The translations under genes and the position numbers were made by a program. A stretch of 63,625 bases of DNA, filler included, from Rhabdomonas costata (taxonomy: Eukaryota), in NCBI GenBank assembly GCA_019059605.1. It is 15 parts of 15 records of this genome, joined end to end, with 100 filler letters (N's around TTAATTAATTAA, not from the genome) between each part and the next. Parts side by side here need not be neighbours in the genome. Positions count along the whole stretch, not along the records: positions 33,999 to 38,140 come from JAHMHO010000342.1; positions 38,241 to 42,420 come from JAHMHO010000343.1; positions 42,521 to 46,661 come from JAHMHO010000344.1; 12 more parts are not named here. One strand, given 5' to 3'. This document shows positions 34,137 to 44,394 of the stretch, piece by piece. Within the stretch, counting starts at the first letter, position 1. Every line of letters starts with the position of its first letter. The notes below the pieces were generated by a model that was given only the letters and a program-made list of their open reading frames with translations, was not told where the DNA came from and ran no database searches.

Positions 34137-36170
34137 ATGCACATTCTTGCTCTCCAGGTCACAGCTTCAGGTCTTCCTTTGGGAGCAAAAGCATGCAACA
34201 CCTGCGCCATCAGCAAAGAAGCCAATCTCCCAGATGTTATTGTGGTCCAGCTCAGATCACACGTCAAGCGTGAGTTCGAGGTTCCCTATGTTCTGGGCAA
34301 CGGATACGAAATCTGCTCGATGTGCTTCTCCAGGAGCGCTGGTGCCTTCTCAGGATGGGCAACGCTGCAGCAAAGCAGAACAATGGCGGGAGAAAAGTGC
34401 TGGTTTCAGTGCCATCAGAATTACGTGGATGAAATTGGACAGCACCTCCCTCGCATTACACTCGACAAAGGAAGTCAGGCGATTTTGATATATTCTGATC
34501 CAACTTCCCACCCAGCACCAAGGGATAGCAAGCTGCGCCATATTCCTGAGCACGACAACTCCGACGACGACTCCTCTGACTCTTCCTCTGATGCTGCCGA
34601 CATGGACGACAACTACTCACACAAACAGGACTTGGCTGATGCCTCACTTTACAGTTCGTTGGCTCCCCCAAATGACGACGAGGAAGACGAGAGCAATCCC
34701 GCACCCGTGAGGTCAGAAATTGTGGAATATGAAATTCCTGGAAGAAAGGAAGGACTCCACATTCTCCTGTCATCTCTGGCAGAAGTCAACATGAATCCCA
34801 AGGGCCTCAGCAACTGGGTGAGGAATTTTACATCCTCCGTTACCTCCAGACTTCCCCAAGTTCCAGATGTCACTCAATACCTCGAAGCCTATCTATTCAC
34901 GGGTCACTTCCCCTTGAAAAGCCTAGGCCACTTCCCAGGCTGCATGCCGCTTTACCTCTACTCATCAAGAAATGCACCCCGAAACCCGTTTGTTCGCTTT
35001 CACGACTATGTTAAGCAGGTCATCTGTGATGCAGAGGGCACCAGAGGGGCTGACTCGAGCTGGATTGGCTATGCCTTCAACGTGATGCTAGCCCAGATTG
35101 CTGACCGTGGACCCTCGCTGACGGTGGTAAAAAAAGGCCTTGAGAGCGCCCTCAGGAACAAATTCTCACAAAAAGAGTATGCTGAAAGGTTCGGGGATGC
35201 CATATTGCCAAATATGCTATATGATGCCGCAGAAGCCAAGAGGCATGTCGACGAGCTTTGCGCTGCCATTGCTGCCATCGGAATTCCAACATACTTTCTC
35301 ACCCTGTCCTGCAACCAAACCAGATTTCCAGGAGTATCCATCATCCACGATGCCATGAAGAAATCGGACGGTGACCCCATGGCCTTCGCTGCTTTTCTTC
35401 AGCGTACATGGCACAGAGTAATCACGCTCTTCCTCAAGTGGTTGCAGCATGGAGATGAGAAGCCGCTGGGCAACGTGCGTCATGTTTGGGCTCGACACGA
35501 GTTCCAAACTGATGTAGGAAATCTGAGCCACGTTCACCTGTTTGTATGGACAGACGAGAATGTCGGCGACCCTTCTCTAACCTCGTTCTCTGAACACTGC
35601 GCTCTGGCCTTGAGCAGGATTACGGCAACCATCCTTGGAGCCTTCGACGAAGAGCCTAATTCTGCTGAACTGGAATCTCTGGCGCGAGACATTCAGGTGC
35701 ATAAGTGCAATGCGAAATGTACCCTCAATGGTTACTGCCGATTTGGTGCACCTTGGCCAGAGTGTGACGCACCAGAGGCTGTGCAGATGAAAGTTGAAAT
35801 TCCACCGGAGCTACAACGTACACTCCTGCGCTGCAATTTGGCAACCCAGGAGGCAGGTAAATTCATATTATCTCCAGTTCTCACGGGAATTAAGCACTGT
35901 CCTCCGCGCGGTGTTGGATGCAACAGGGTCAGCATTTTTTGCCCAAAGATTTTCGCGGTGACCCAATCCCACCTCAACATTCAGGTGTGCAACGGAAGGT
36001 TTGTGCTGGCATACCTTGTCAAGTACTGCGCCGAGGAGGAGGAACGCTGCGTGGTGTCGCTCAGAAAGTGTTCGGAGACCTCGTGCACCGCAGAGATCAG
36101 TGATCTGAAGAAACGGAAAAGGAGATTATTGCCAACTCCTTCGGACAACTCTCATGGCTCCGTTATTTAG
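34137..36170 (+). CDS. Helitron Rep (HUH/Y2 endonuclease) part
   Basis: Motif I PTYFLTLSCN, motif II RHEFQTDVGNLSHVHLFVW, QVHKCNAKC...CRFGAP, motif III YLVKY. N-terminal CxxC...CxxC. Confidence 0.9.
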   Translation: MHILALQVTASGLPLGAKACNTCAISKEANLPDVIVVQLRSHVKREFEVPYVLGNGYEICSMCFSRSAGAFSGWATLQQSRTMAGEKCWFQCHQNYVDEIGQHLPRITLDKGSQAILIYSDPTSHPAPRDSKLRHIPEHDNSDDDSSDSSSDAADMDDNYSHKQDLADASLYSSLAPPNDDEEDESNPAPVRSEIVEYEIPGRKEGLHILLSSLAEVNMNPKGLSNWVRNFTSSVTSRLPQVPDVTQYLEAYLFTGHFPLKSLGHFPGCMPLYLYSSRNAPRNPFVRFHDYVKQVICDAEGTRGADSSWIGYAFNVMLAQIADRGPSLTVVKKGLESALRNKFSQKEYAERFGDAILPNMLYDAAEAKRHVDELCAAIAAIGIPTYFLTLSCNQTRFPGVSIIHDAMKKSDGDPMAFAAFLQRTWHRVITLFLKWLQHGDEKPLGNVRHVWARHEFQTDVGNLSHVHLFVWTDENVGDPSLTSFSEHCALALSRITATILGAFDEEPNSAELESLARDIQVHKCNAKCTLNGYCRFGAPWPECDAPEAVQMKVEIPPELQRTLLRCNLATQEAGKFILSPVLTGIKHCPPRGVGCNRVSIFCPKIFAVTQSHLNIQVCNGRFVLAYLVKYCAEEEERCVVSLRKCSETSCTAEISDLKKRKRRLLPTPSDNSHGSVI

Positions 36171-36179
36171 GTCACGGAA

Positions 36180-38140
36180 ATGCTCTTCCATTGCTTAGCT
36201 CTACCGTCCATCTACACCACCTTTGACTCTGTCCACGTCAACACGGGACCAAGCGAGACCCGCTTCGTGACCTTAAAGCCGAGGTGGAAGCCAGGTGCAG
36301 ATTTTGGAGCACGACAACCGGAAGACCCATCCCGGTGCGGAGCAGAGGAAACCGAGAATGGTGGCTATGCCCCCCTCCATCCGACCAGAGAGCCTCACCC
36401 TGATCAAGAACTGTCCATGGGGGAGCTCAGGTGTCAGCGCACAAACGCGGATTCCGTCATGAAATACTGTCTGAGACCACCGGAGCTCTATCATTTCAAG
36501 TTGGACCACTACTACGCTCTCACGATTCCCAGCAACCCTCCAAGATACTCCAGAGACACATGGCGAGTGGAAAACTGGATTGCAAATGGGCTATATGACC
36601 TGCAGGGAAAGCGCATTTATCTCCGTCCAGCAATCGCAGGCTTTCCAACGCTGATTTCGACAATGTTCGACCTTCTTGAAGGCCGTCACCTCGTCGAAGA
36701 GTTTATGCAGTGCTTCCAGAAGGCACCACCTGCAGGACACTGGTTCTACAACCTTGTGGACATAAATGCGAAGTACGCAGTTGTTGTCCATCCGCGTTTC
36801 ACTCCAAGCCAGCCCTGCAATTGGTGGATACAGAAAGCACTGCGCTCCGTGCCATTCGGGAATGAAGGCATCCTGCTTCGAGACCATCTTCCCAGGGTGA
36901 TGAACGAGTTCTCGTCCACACAGGAACTCGTAAGATCGTTTGTCCTGTCCGAGTTGCGGTACTGGCCGATTGGATATCGACTGTTGTTCACCACCATTCA
37001 AAACATCTGGAATGCAGCACAAAGTCCTGAGTTTGCGACCTTCAGCTGGGCATGCTGCGAGGATGAAATCTCTGAAAAGTTTGCTGATTCCTGGAAGGAG
37101 TACAATGAACTCCGGCTTGCTCGGCACGAACAGATGCTACGTCACGTTCCAAACTTTGAAAAACAACCTTCGCAGTCGGTAGCCAGCTGGAACGAGCAGG
37201 TTCAGGCATGGAATGCGATTGAGGCACGGTTTGCACCGCTTGCAAGGGAGCCCCTTTCGTTGGATATGGCACCCTACGTCGCGCCCCTTTACATCTCCGG
37301 GCCCCCTGGAAGTGGAAAGACGTTTCTTCTACTCTCCTTTGCCCGTGCCCTGTCGACAATGCAGTTTCCCGTTAGCTGGGAGATCACTGCTTTATCTGCG
37401 AATGGGGCCTGTGAGCTCGGCGGCGTCCACATCCACCAGCTATTTGGGTTTCGAGTAAAAAGAATCGGGAAGATTGCAACAGCTGCTTCCCTTGCAGCTG
37501 CGGCATACGCAAGGCTCGGACGGCAGCCACTCAGGCGGCGAATCCTTCAAGAAATGCGCGTGCTCATCGTGGACGAATTTTGTCACGTGGGTGCCGTTTT
37601 GCTGAGTGCAATGGACATTTTGCTCCGGAAGGTTAGGCAGTGCAACAAACCGTTTGGTGGCCTTGCTATTTTGGCATGCGGGGATCACTACCAGACGGAG
37701 GCGATTGGGGAGCCCTGTCCTCTTCTCTCTGCTCTTGTCCGATTCCACTTCTCCAGCATCGTGCTCCAGACAATGTACAGAGCAAGAACGGACGAAGATC
37801 TTCAGCGGCTCATTTCGATGATGCGAAAGCCTGTCCTCGCCAAATCGGAGAGCGACCTCATCATTCACATCTTGGAAAGCAGATGCAGGTTCTGCTCCAG
37901 CGTACATATGGTGCCTCCTTCAGCAACCTGGCTTTTGTCCAAAACTGTCGCCGTTGAAGCCGCTCGACATAGGAAATTCACAGATGCTGTGCAGCCCAAG
38001 ACCGCTTTCCACGCTGAAGATTTCTTTCTGGACTGTGGATCCTGGAAAAGCGGGCCACCTTCATGGTGCTCACGAACTTTGGACAAGCAGAGTGGTCTTT
38101 CCTCAACGGTATCAGCCATTACCAACGAACCCAAAAACCC
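36180..38140 (+). CDS. Helitron Pif1-family SF1 helicase part (3' truncated)
   Basis: GPPGSGKT, ELGGVHIHQLF, LIVDEF, KPFGGLAILACGDHYQ, LQTMYRA. Confidence 0.92.
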
Positions 38141-38240
38141 NNNNNNNNNNNNNNNNNNNNNNNNNNNNNNNNNNNNNNNNNNNNTTAATTAATTAANNNN
38201 NNNNNNNNNNNNNNNNNNNNNNNNNNNNNNNNNNNNNNNN

Positions 38241-38633
38241 ATGCCGTTCATGGTGGTGATGGTGATGCTCATGGACCCACCCCTCACCGCCACAACCCTG
38301 TCGTGCAGCACAGGGGAAGGCGAGTAGAGCAGATCCACACCTATGTCAAAACAGGCGCGAACACATGGGGCTTGATGCCGGGGAGGAGCACGACGACCAG
38401 CACCGGCACGAGCACGAGAACCATGATCCACCCCATGGTTGTGGATGGCGTCGTGGATGGGTGCTGGCTGATGTTTTCTTTGTTCTTTCTCTTCGCGTCC
38501 TGTAGCTCCTCCTCCTTCTTTTTCTTCTTCTTCTTCTTCTTTGCGTTTTCGTTGTGTTTCTTCCGGATGCCGTTCATGGTGGTGATTGTGATGCTCATGG
38601 ACCCACCCCTCACCGCCACAACCCTGTCGTGCA
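38241..38633. repeat. 67-bp near-perfect direct repeat, 326 bp apart
   Basis: atgccgttcatggtggtgat...accctgtcgtgca at 38241-38307 and 38567-38633. The contig begins exactly at the repeat. Confidence 0.9.
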
Positions 38634-39022
38634 CAGGAGCACAGCTGAGCGGAAGACAGGAAAGTTTTGGGTTTTTTTCTTTTTGCCCACACGGGGATGA
38701 TTATGTTTAATAGACTTGACTGACGCCACACAGCCATTGTCACTGTCACCACGGTGACATCTAGCGAGAAGCACGCTGCAATGAAAGTGAATCGATTCGC
38801 GGTGCTCTCCAAACATCATACCACGTGGACCGTTTCGAGAGGTTTCGAATTTCGATCCCATCAATCAACATCTTGGGTAGTGTTCGTAACTTTCAAATAA
38901 CTCCAAAAGTTGCCATTTGCAGCACATTGGCCCGCGCGATGCCCATCAATAAAAAGCTTCGAACGATAAGATGATGATATGATGTACAAGTTTCAGTGAA
39001 CCAAAAAAGTTTTCGCCGACGC

Positions 39023-41866
39023 TCACTGTTCGTCATCCTCGGCACTCTTGCGCCTGGTCCGCGATGACTCATGCGAGCGGTGGTGATGCCGGCGGCGGTC
39101 GCTTGCCTGGGCGCTGCCACTGCTGGGCTCCAAATCCACACCTCCCTCCTCGGCGCGACGCCCCTCTCGCTCTCGGTGGCGGTGGTGGCGGTGGGACTTC
39201 TCCCCAGAGCCTGAGTGGCGGTGCCGGTGCCTGTCCTCTGCTCGTCGGGAAGCATCTTCCCCCGCGCCCATTGGCAGCTCCATCGAAGTCTGACTCCTGG
39301 GATCCTTCCCAGCCAGAGGCACGTAATCCTCCACAACGTCACTACCCCGTGTGGAGTAAGAAGGTTGCTGCTGCTGCTGCTGCTGCTGTCTGAGCAGATC
39401 TTCCTCTGCTCGGGCGGCGTCAAGTGCAACTCGGAGAACCTATGCAAAATTCATCGCTTAGTGAAGAGGGGATGAAAAATGGAAGGAGGTTGAAATAAAA
39501 ACAAAATCCACAGCAGCCATTCTTGGATGCCGTCACCTAATCCTGGTCATCAATTCAATGCTTCCATTATGGAAGGAAGCCGTACCAACCCTCTCTAACA
39601 GCAGAGAAGGCCAAAATGACCTGAGATGGGATCCATCTCATCCTCTCATCTCAAGTGGTGTTCTGAACCCAAGTTCGGACTTTCGCACTCTCGCGCTTTA
39701 CCAGCAAGCTTACAATGAAGAAAGAGATGGACCCAACAGGAGGGTAGTCCAGTCCAAGCATTCAAGACTGGCGCGGCCACGAGGCAAGGGGGCATGGGGA
39801 ACCCAAAGCGAGCCCGCATGCTAGAAGTGGATTCAGCCAGGACAGCCCGAAGATCGTCATTTGAATCCCGACACCAATAAGGGTACGAGACAACCAGAAA
39901 AATCGGACCACAACACAAAAAATCAGCATCACATTTTTGGGTCGTCGCACCCCCCATCACATTTAACGTAGAGAACAGCAGAAACCTCCTGTGCGCTTAG
40001 GCTCAGCTGCACGGCACCGGCCTTGCGAGAGGAGAGCCGTCCCCCGGCAGAAGCCGTTCCACCGTCCCCTCGAAGAAGCAGCTCCGGAGGAGTGACGGGT
40101 CGGCTGGACGCTTCTGGGCGGCTGAGCAGGAGGGGAGGTTCCTCGGGCTCTGCGTGTGCTTGCGCGGGGTAGCACGTTTCAGACTTTAGGTCTTCGTCCA
40201 TTGGATCATTGGAAAGCGATGCTGGCGCGACGCCCTGCGGGACGAGAAGGAGGAGGGGGGGGGGGAACTAAAGGAGGAAGACACAGTCGACCATCAACTG
40301 ACCCAGATATCCCATTCATCCGACCCGAAAAACGGTAAAGTGGTGAAGCTGGTAAAGAGGTGAAGGATCAATGTTTTGACACAAACACAAATGCAATGCG
40401 TGCAATTGAACAGGAGATGGAAAAGGGAGTGGAAAAGGAAAAAGTGACGCAGTGATGACGGCATAATGGTAACGACGGGGTATGGTGAGGAGGCTGACAA
40501 GGTTGCTTTCTCATCCGAATGTAACGAGAGTGCACAAATGGCCACTTAAACATCATACAATAAACCTTACGATTCTGAGCGGTGAAGAGGCCCTGTGATA
40601 ATCAACGCTGATGGTCAATGATGGCACAAACCACAATCCGCATTCGCAGCAACCCTTTCCACAAATTCACTGATGGACGCGAAAGCAGACCTCCGGGGCC
40701 TCATCCCGCTCCCTGCCGGCATTACTGCTGCCGGACACCACCCCGCGGTCCGGGCACTGTGCATCGCACGAGATGTGGGTATTTGGGAATTCCCGCCCAG
40801 CCTCGGCAGCGCCGGGGCACACCGGAGGATCGAAGCAGGCGTCCGCCATAGCCCGGATCTCCCCGATGCTCTCCCCGCTGTCAGGGGCCCACCCAACACC
40901 CACCTGACCAGCCGACGCACCACCACTCCCCCTCCTGACCTTACCAGCGGGGGAGGCCGCAGCTGAGGCAGGGGCTTTGGGCTCTTCATCATCGAGGAAT
41001 CCCTCCAGCCCCATGGTGCCCACCTCAACCTCCACCAGAGCCTCCGCCAGGCGAGCAAGCTGCTGCTCAGGAGAAAGAGTCGGCTTCGGAGCCTGCTCCT
41101 GAGCAGATGCAGGGGAACGCCTTTCAGCTGCGGATGGGGGGTCTGGCTGTGACCTCAATGGCACACTGTCCGCCTCTGGAGAAGCGTGCGGCACTCGAGT
41201 CCCTGGCACTACACTTGCCACTGGCCCCTCGGGGGAAGCGGCGCTTCCCGGCGAGGACATCCGGCGAGAGCTCGGAGTGTGGTCGGGACTGGAGCCTGTG
41301 TGCCTCGGCAGAGAAAGAGAGGGTGAGGAGCCTGGGTACTTCTGGCGGTCAGGGGTCCTATATGGGTGAATATCTGCTTCAGGTTCCTCAATGAACGAGG
41401 TGATCGTCCCTCTCGGCGGCCGAGAGTTCATGTCGATACTGCCGGGTTGAGGTGGTCCCGTGCCGGACTCGTGGTCGGACAAGCTCACATCGGCGAAGAA
41501 GCTCTCCATGTTGGTGCCAAGCAAGGTGACAGGAGCTTTGGCAGCCTCTGCACGTGCAGTCTTGGAACTTCTACCGGTTGCCCTGGGCAAGAAGTGGAAT
41601 TTTTGCATTTCTTGCCAAATCCTGCAACACCGTGAAAATGGAAAAAAGCGAAAAGAATAGTCAGAAACAGCTTCACTTAAAGCCATTTCTATGTGCTGTT
41701 TTTCAACTTTGGGCAGCTTTGCTTGAAAATCTAATTCACGCTTCCGCTGTGCAATGCTTCTTGTTGCGGCGGAAGTAGTTTTTGGTGTTGCCTTGTTTCG
41801 ACAGTGGGGATCCATACAGCAAAACAAAGCCACGACCATCATCGAAACCCGCCGCAGACTGAACAC
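39023..41866 (-). CDS. 3' exons of a hypothetical protein with a low-complexity Ser/Pro/Gln/His-Arg C-terminus
   Basis: A large exon ends at 40691 (|gtctgc), then exon 40234-39986 and terminal exon 39439-39023 (TGA). These junctions are phase 0 and GT-AG. The 5' structure is unresolved. Confidence 0.6.
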
Positions 41867-42614
41867 AGAACGCGGACGCTAACACAAGAAACAAACGAAT
41901 GGGTGACCATCCACCGTGCATGGAGATCGGGGAAGCAGATACCTTTACCGGTCATTGCATCCGGCAAAGAGTTCGCCTCATCTCGGGAAATGACAACACC
42001 CTGCATGTTAACCCTTTGTTATCTTGACCTCAACCACGCTATTTTGTCGCATATACATTATATGGAGGATGACAAAAATAAGAATGGCCATCCGCTGGTT
42101 CTCCGCTGCCTGGGCTAACTTTGCTACAGCGAATGGCAAAACACATGGGAGTACCCTCTTGCAGAGGTGGAAGTGCTGCGGGCCTGTGCAACCTAAAATA
42201 CACAAAATAAAGAAATTGAGAATCAATTGACACCGAACGGTATCGAAAGTATTCATTTTCACCGCAAATTCGACAAACCTCACAATTGCCAGCAATGGGA
42301 CCGTGAGTCGTGCCTTGAGAAGAAACCGTTCCCAGCACAGGTCCCGGTGAAGAAGCTGGAATCTGAGAGTATGGTGGTATAGAAGTCCACAAGTTATATT
42401 ATTGGCTTTTTCCACGAAACNNNNNNNNNNNNNNNNNNNNNNNNNNNNNNNNNNNNNNNNNNNNTTAATTAATTAANNNNNNNNNNNNNNNNNNNNNNNN
42501 NNNNNNNNNNNNNNNNNNNNGGGGTGTGGTGTGGAGTAGACTGGAGTATCGGGGATACGGGCACTGGTGGAGAATACTGGAGCTCTTCTCGAGATGGGCC
42601 GGTCCATCTTGCCT

Positions 42615-42773
42615 CTACAAATTCATCAGCTCTTTCCAAAACGAGATGAACACCGAGTCCAGATCACTCACAATGGACCTTGGCAATCCGTGATAACGCA
42701 CCACCTCCCACCAAAACAACTCTGCAATCTGCGCTGCGTTCATGGTACTGTGACACGGAATCAACACTGCCGA
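42615..42773 (-). mobile_element. Ty3/Gypsy LTR-retrotransposon integrase (rve) fragment
   Basis: SAVLIPCHSTMNAAQIAELFWWEVVRYHGLPRSIVSDLDSVFISFWKELMNL* matches the HGLPxSIVSDRDxxFxSxFWxEL core. Isolated relic. Confidence 0.85.
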
Positions 42774-43500
42774 CCTCCGGGCCCTTTCAATCGTCGGGGC
42801 CTCACCGGAAACGGGTGGTGGAGGAATTGTTACCCTTACCTAAAAGTCACGGTATTGGTCTTGCTGGGCGACCAAAACTCATGCTCACGCCTCGGATAAA
42901 GCTGGGGAGCTCAGAGCTAGAGGGACGGGGCTAGAGGGCTGGGACTCAGATTTTGGGGAAATTTTCTTTACGATTCGCAAGGAAGCATCCACAAAGACGA
43001 GTAGTCTAAATACTGAGGTTTTGCCAACGTGTTCGCATGTCACTCTTCCTTCTCTTATATTGCCCGTGCCACCTCAGAGAGATGAAAAACGTTGCCAATA
43101 AGTCAGGGTTTGGACTTTCAGAGTCAGGGTTTAGGGATAATGAAAAATCTCTCCCGCTATGAATCATGGCAACAGTTGCCATGATTGCTTGATTGCCGTC
43201 GAAGCTCTTTATTTCAGGTTGCTTTTTTTTTGTGTATACCCACATTTTCCAGATGTGTGAGTGATCTTTTTTTTGCCTCTTTTTGAGATGGCACAGGTCA
43301 TATATATCTTTGATCTCATATCAAACGGAAATTTTGTAAGGAATACCGTGATTGGATTGGCGCTTCGTAGTGCTTACGGAGTGCTCAGCTACCTCCGTAT
43401 GAAATTGAAGTTTCTGAAGACAACTCCCATTTATGTGTCATGTTTGCAAATTTTTTGGAGGGGGGGTTGCCTTTGGAGTTCTTTTTTCTTCTTTGCGCAG

Positions 43501-44394
43501 GACCAGAAGTCCCTGCAACGGCACCACTCCGCCTCTGACGTGCAGTGGCTGCCTGCGGCCTCGGCTGCTGTGGCTCTGCTGCAGACCACTGCTATGGTGG
43601 GAGTGGCAGCCGCCGCCCGCCGGACCTCCGCGGCGCTGTGCGGGGCGCTTGTGACGGGCCTTGGCGCGGCCCTGGTGGGGGTGCTTCTAGGCATGCAGGC
43701 CTGGCTGGGCCACCCGCTGTGCTCCGTCCAGACCGTCTTCAGGTCTGCCATTCACACTGGCACTCTCTCGCACACCGTTTGAAAAGAGCAGCTGCGTGAC
43801 AAAGGCCCGGGACACGTGGCGCAGAAGGAAGCCCCTCGGCACCGTTCTCTCCGAAGTTATACCTCTCGCATGACGCCGTGGCAAAGAGTGCGTGCGCCCG
43901 TCAGCCCACAGTGCACAGTGGTCACCAACAGTCAGTCAGAGAACAGCCAGCTCGCTATGCGCCCAACACACATACACACACACATCCGCACACTGTTCTC
44001 TGTTGCTGCTATGATGCTCTATGAAATAACCCCAGTGTATGCCATCCTCCTCTGAATTGGCGTGTCTTAATATCAGCTCGCTGATGCGCATCGGCGAGTT
44101 GGCCATGGGGAGAAGTTCGACAAAGTTTGATATGTCGTGCCGACACCCTCATCCTTCTGTGGGGGTTTCAGCTGGAGGGTTGCAGCCCTCTCCTTTGTCG
44201 CGCTTGCCGCGGCGGTGTTCACTGCCTCCTTGGAGACGGGCCTCGGGGCTGGGATGGCCCCCTCGGCGCTCACCGCCGCCGTAGCCGGGCTGTGCTGGAT
44301 CGGGGGCGCGACGTGGAGCGTCAAGCTACATTACTACAGCCCCTGCGGGGCGGACGTCACCCTTACCACTGTCCACGAAGGTCCACAGCAGTAG
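43501..44394 (+). CDS. Two exons of a multi-pass membrane protein
   Basis: Exon 43501-43742 and an exon from 44172 join in phase 2 (AG|C). Several Ala/Leu/Val hydrophobic segments. The 3' end is uncertain. Confidence 0.55.

Larger units (their letters stand above)
33999..38140 (+). mobile_element. Helitron-type rolling-circle element (Rep-Pif1), termini not captured
   Basis: One reading frame covers the whole contig with a single TAG at 36168-36170. HUH Rep motifs lie upstream of Pif1 helicase motifs. Confidence 0.92.

Noticed and set aside
36168-36170. Genome-wide TAG reassignment
   Set aside because: No in-frame TAG appears in the other long ORFs or reconstructed exons.
23686-38140. Apparent defence island (TPR + NACHT-WD40 + peptidase + helicase)
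   Set aside because: Each gene is on a different contig separated by artificial linkers, so there is no linkage.
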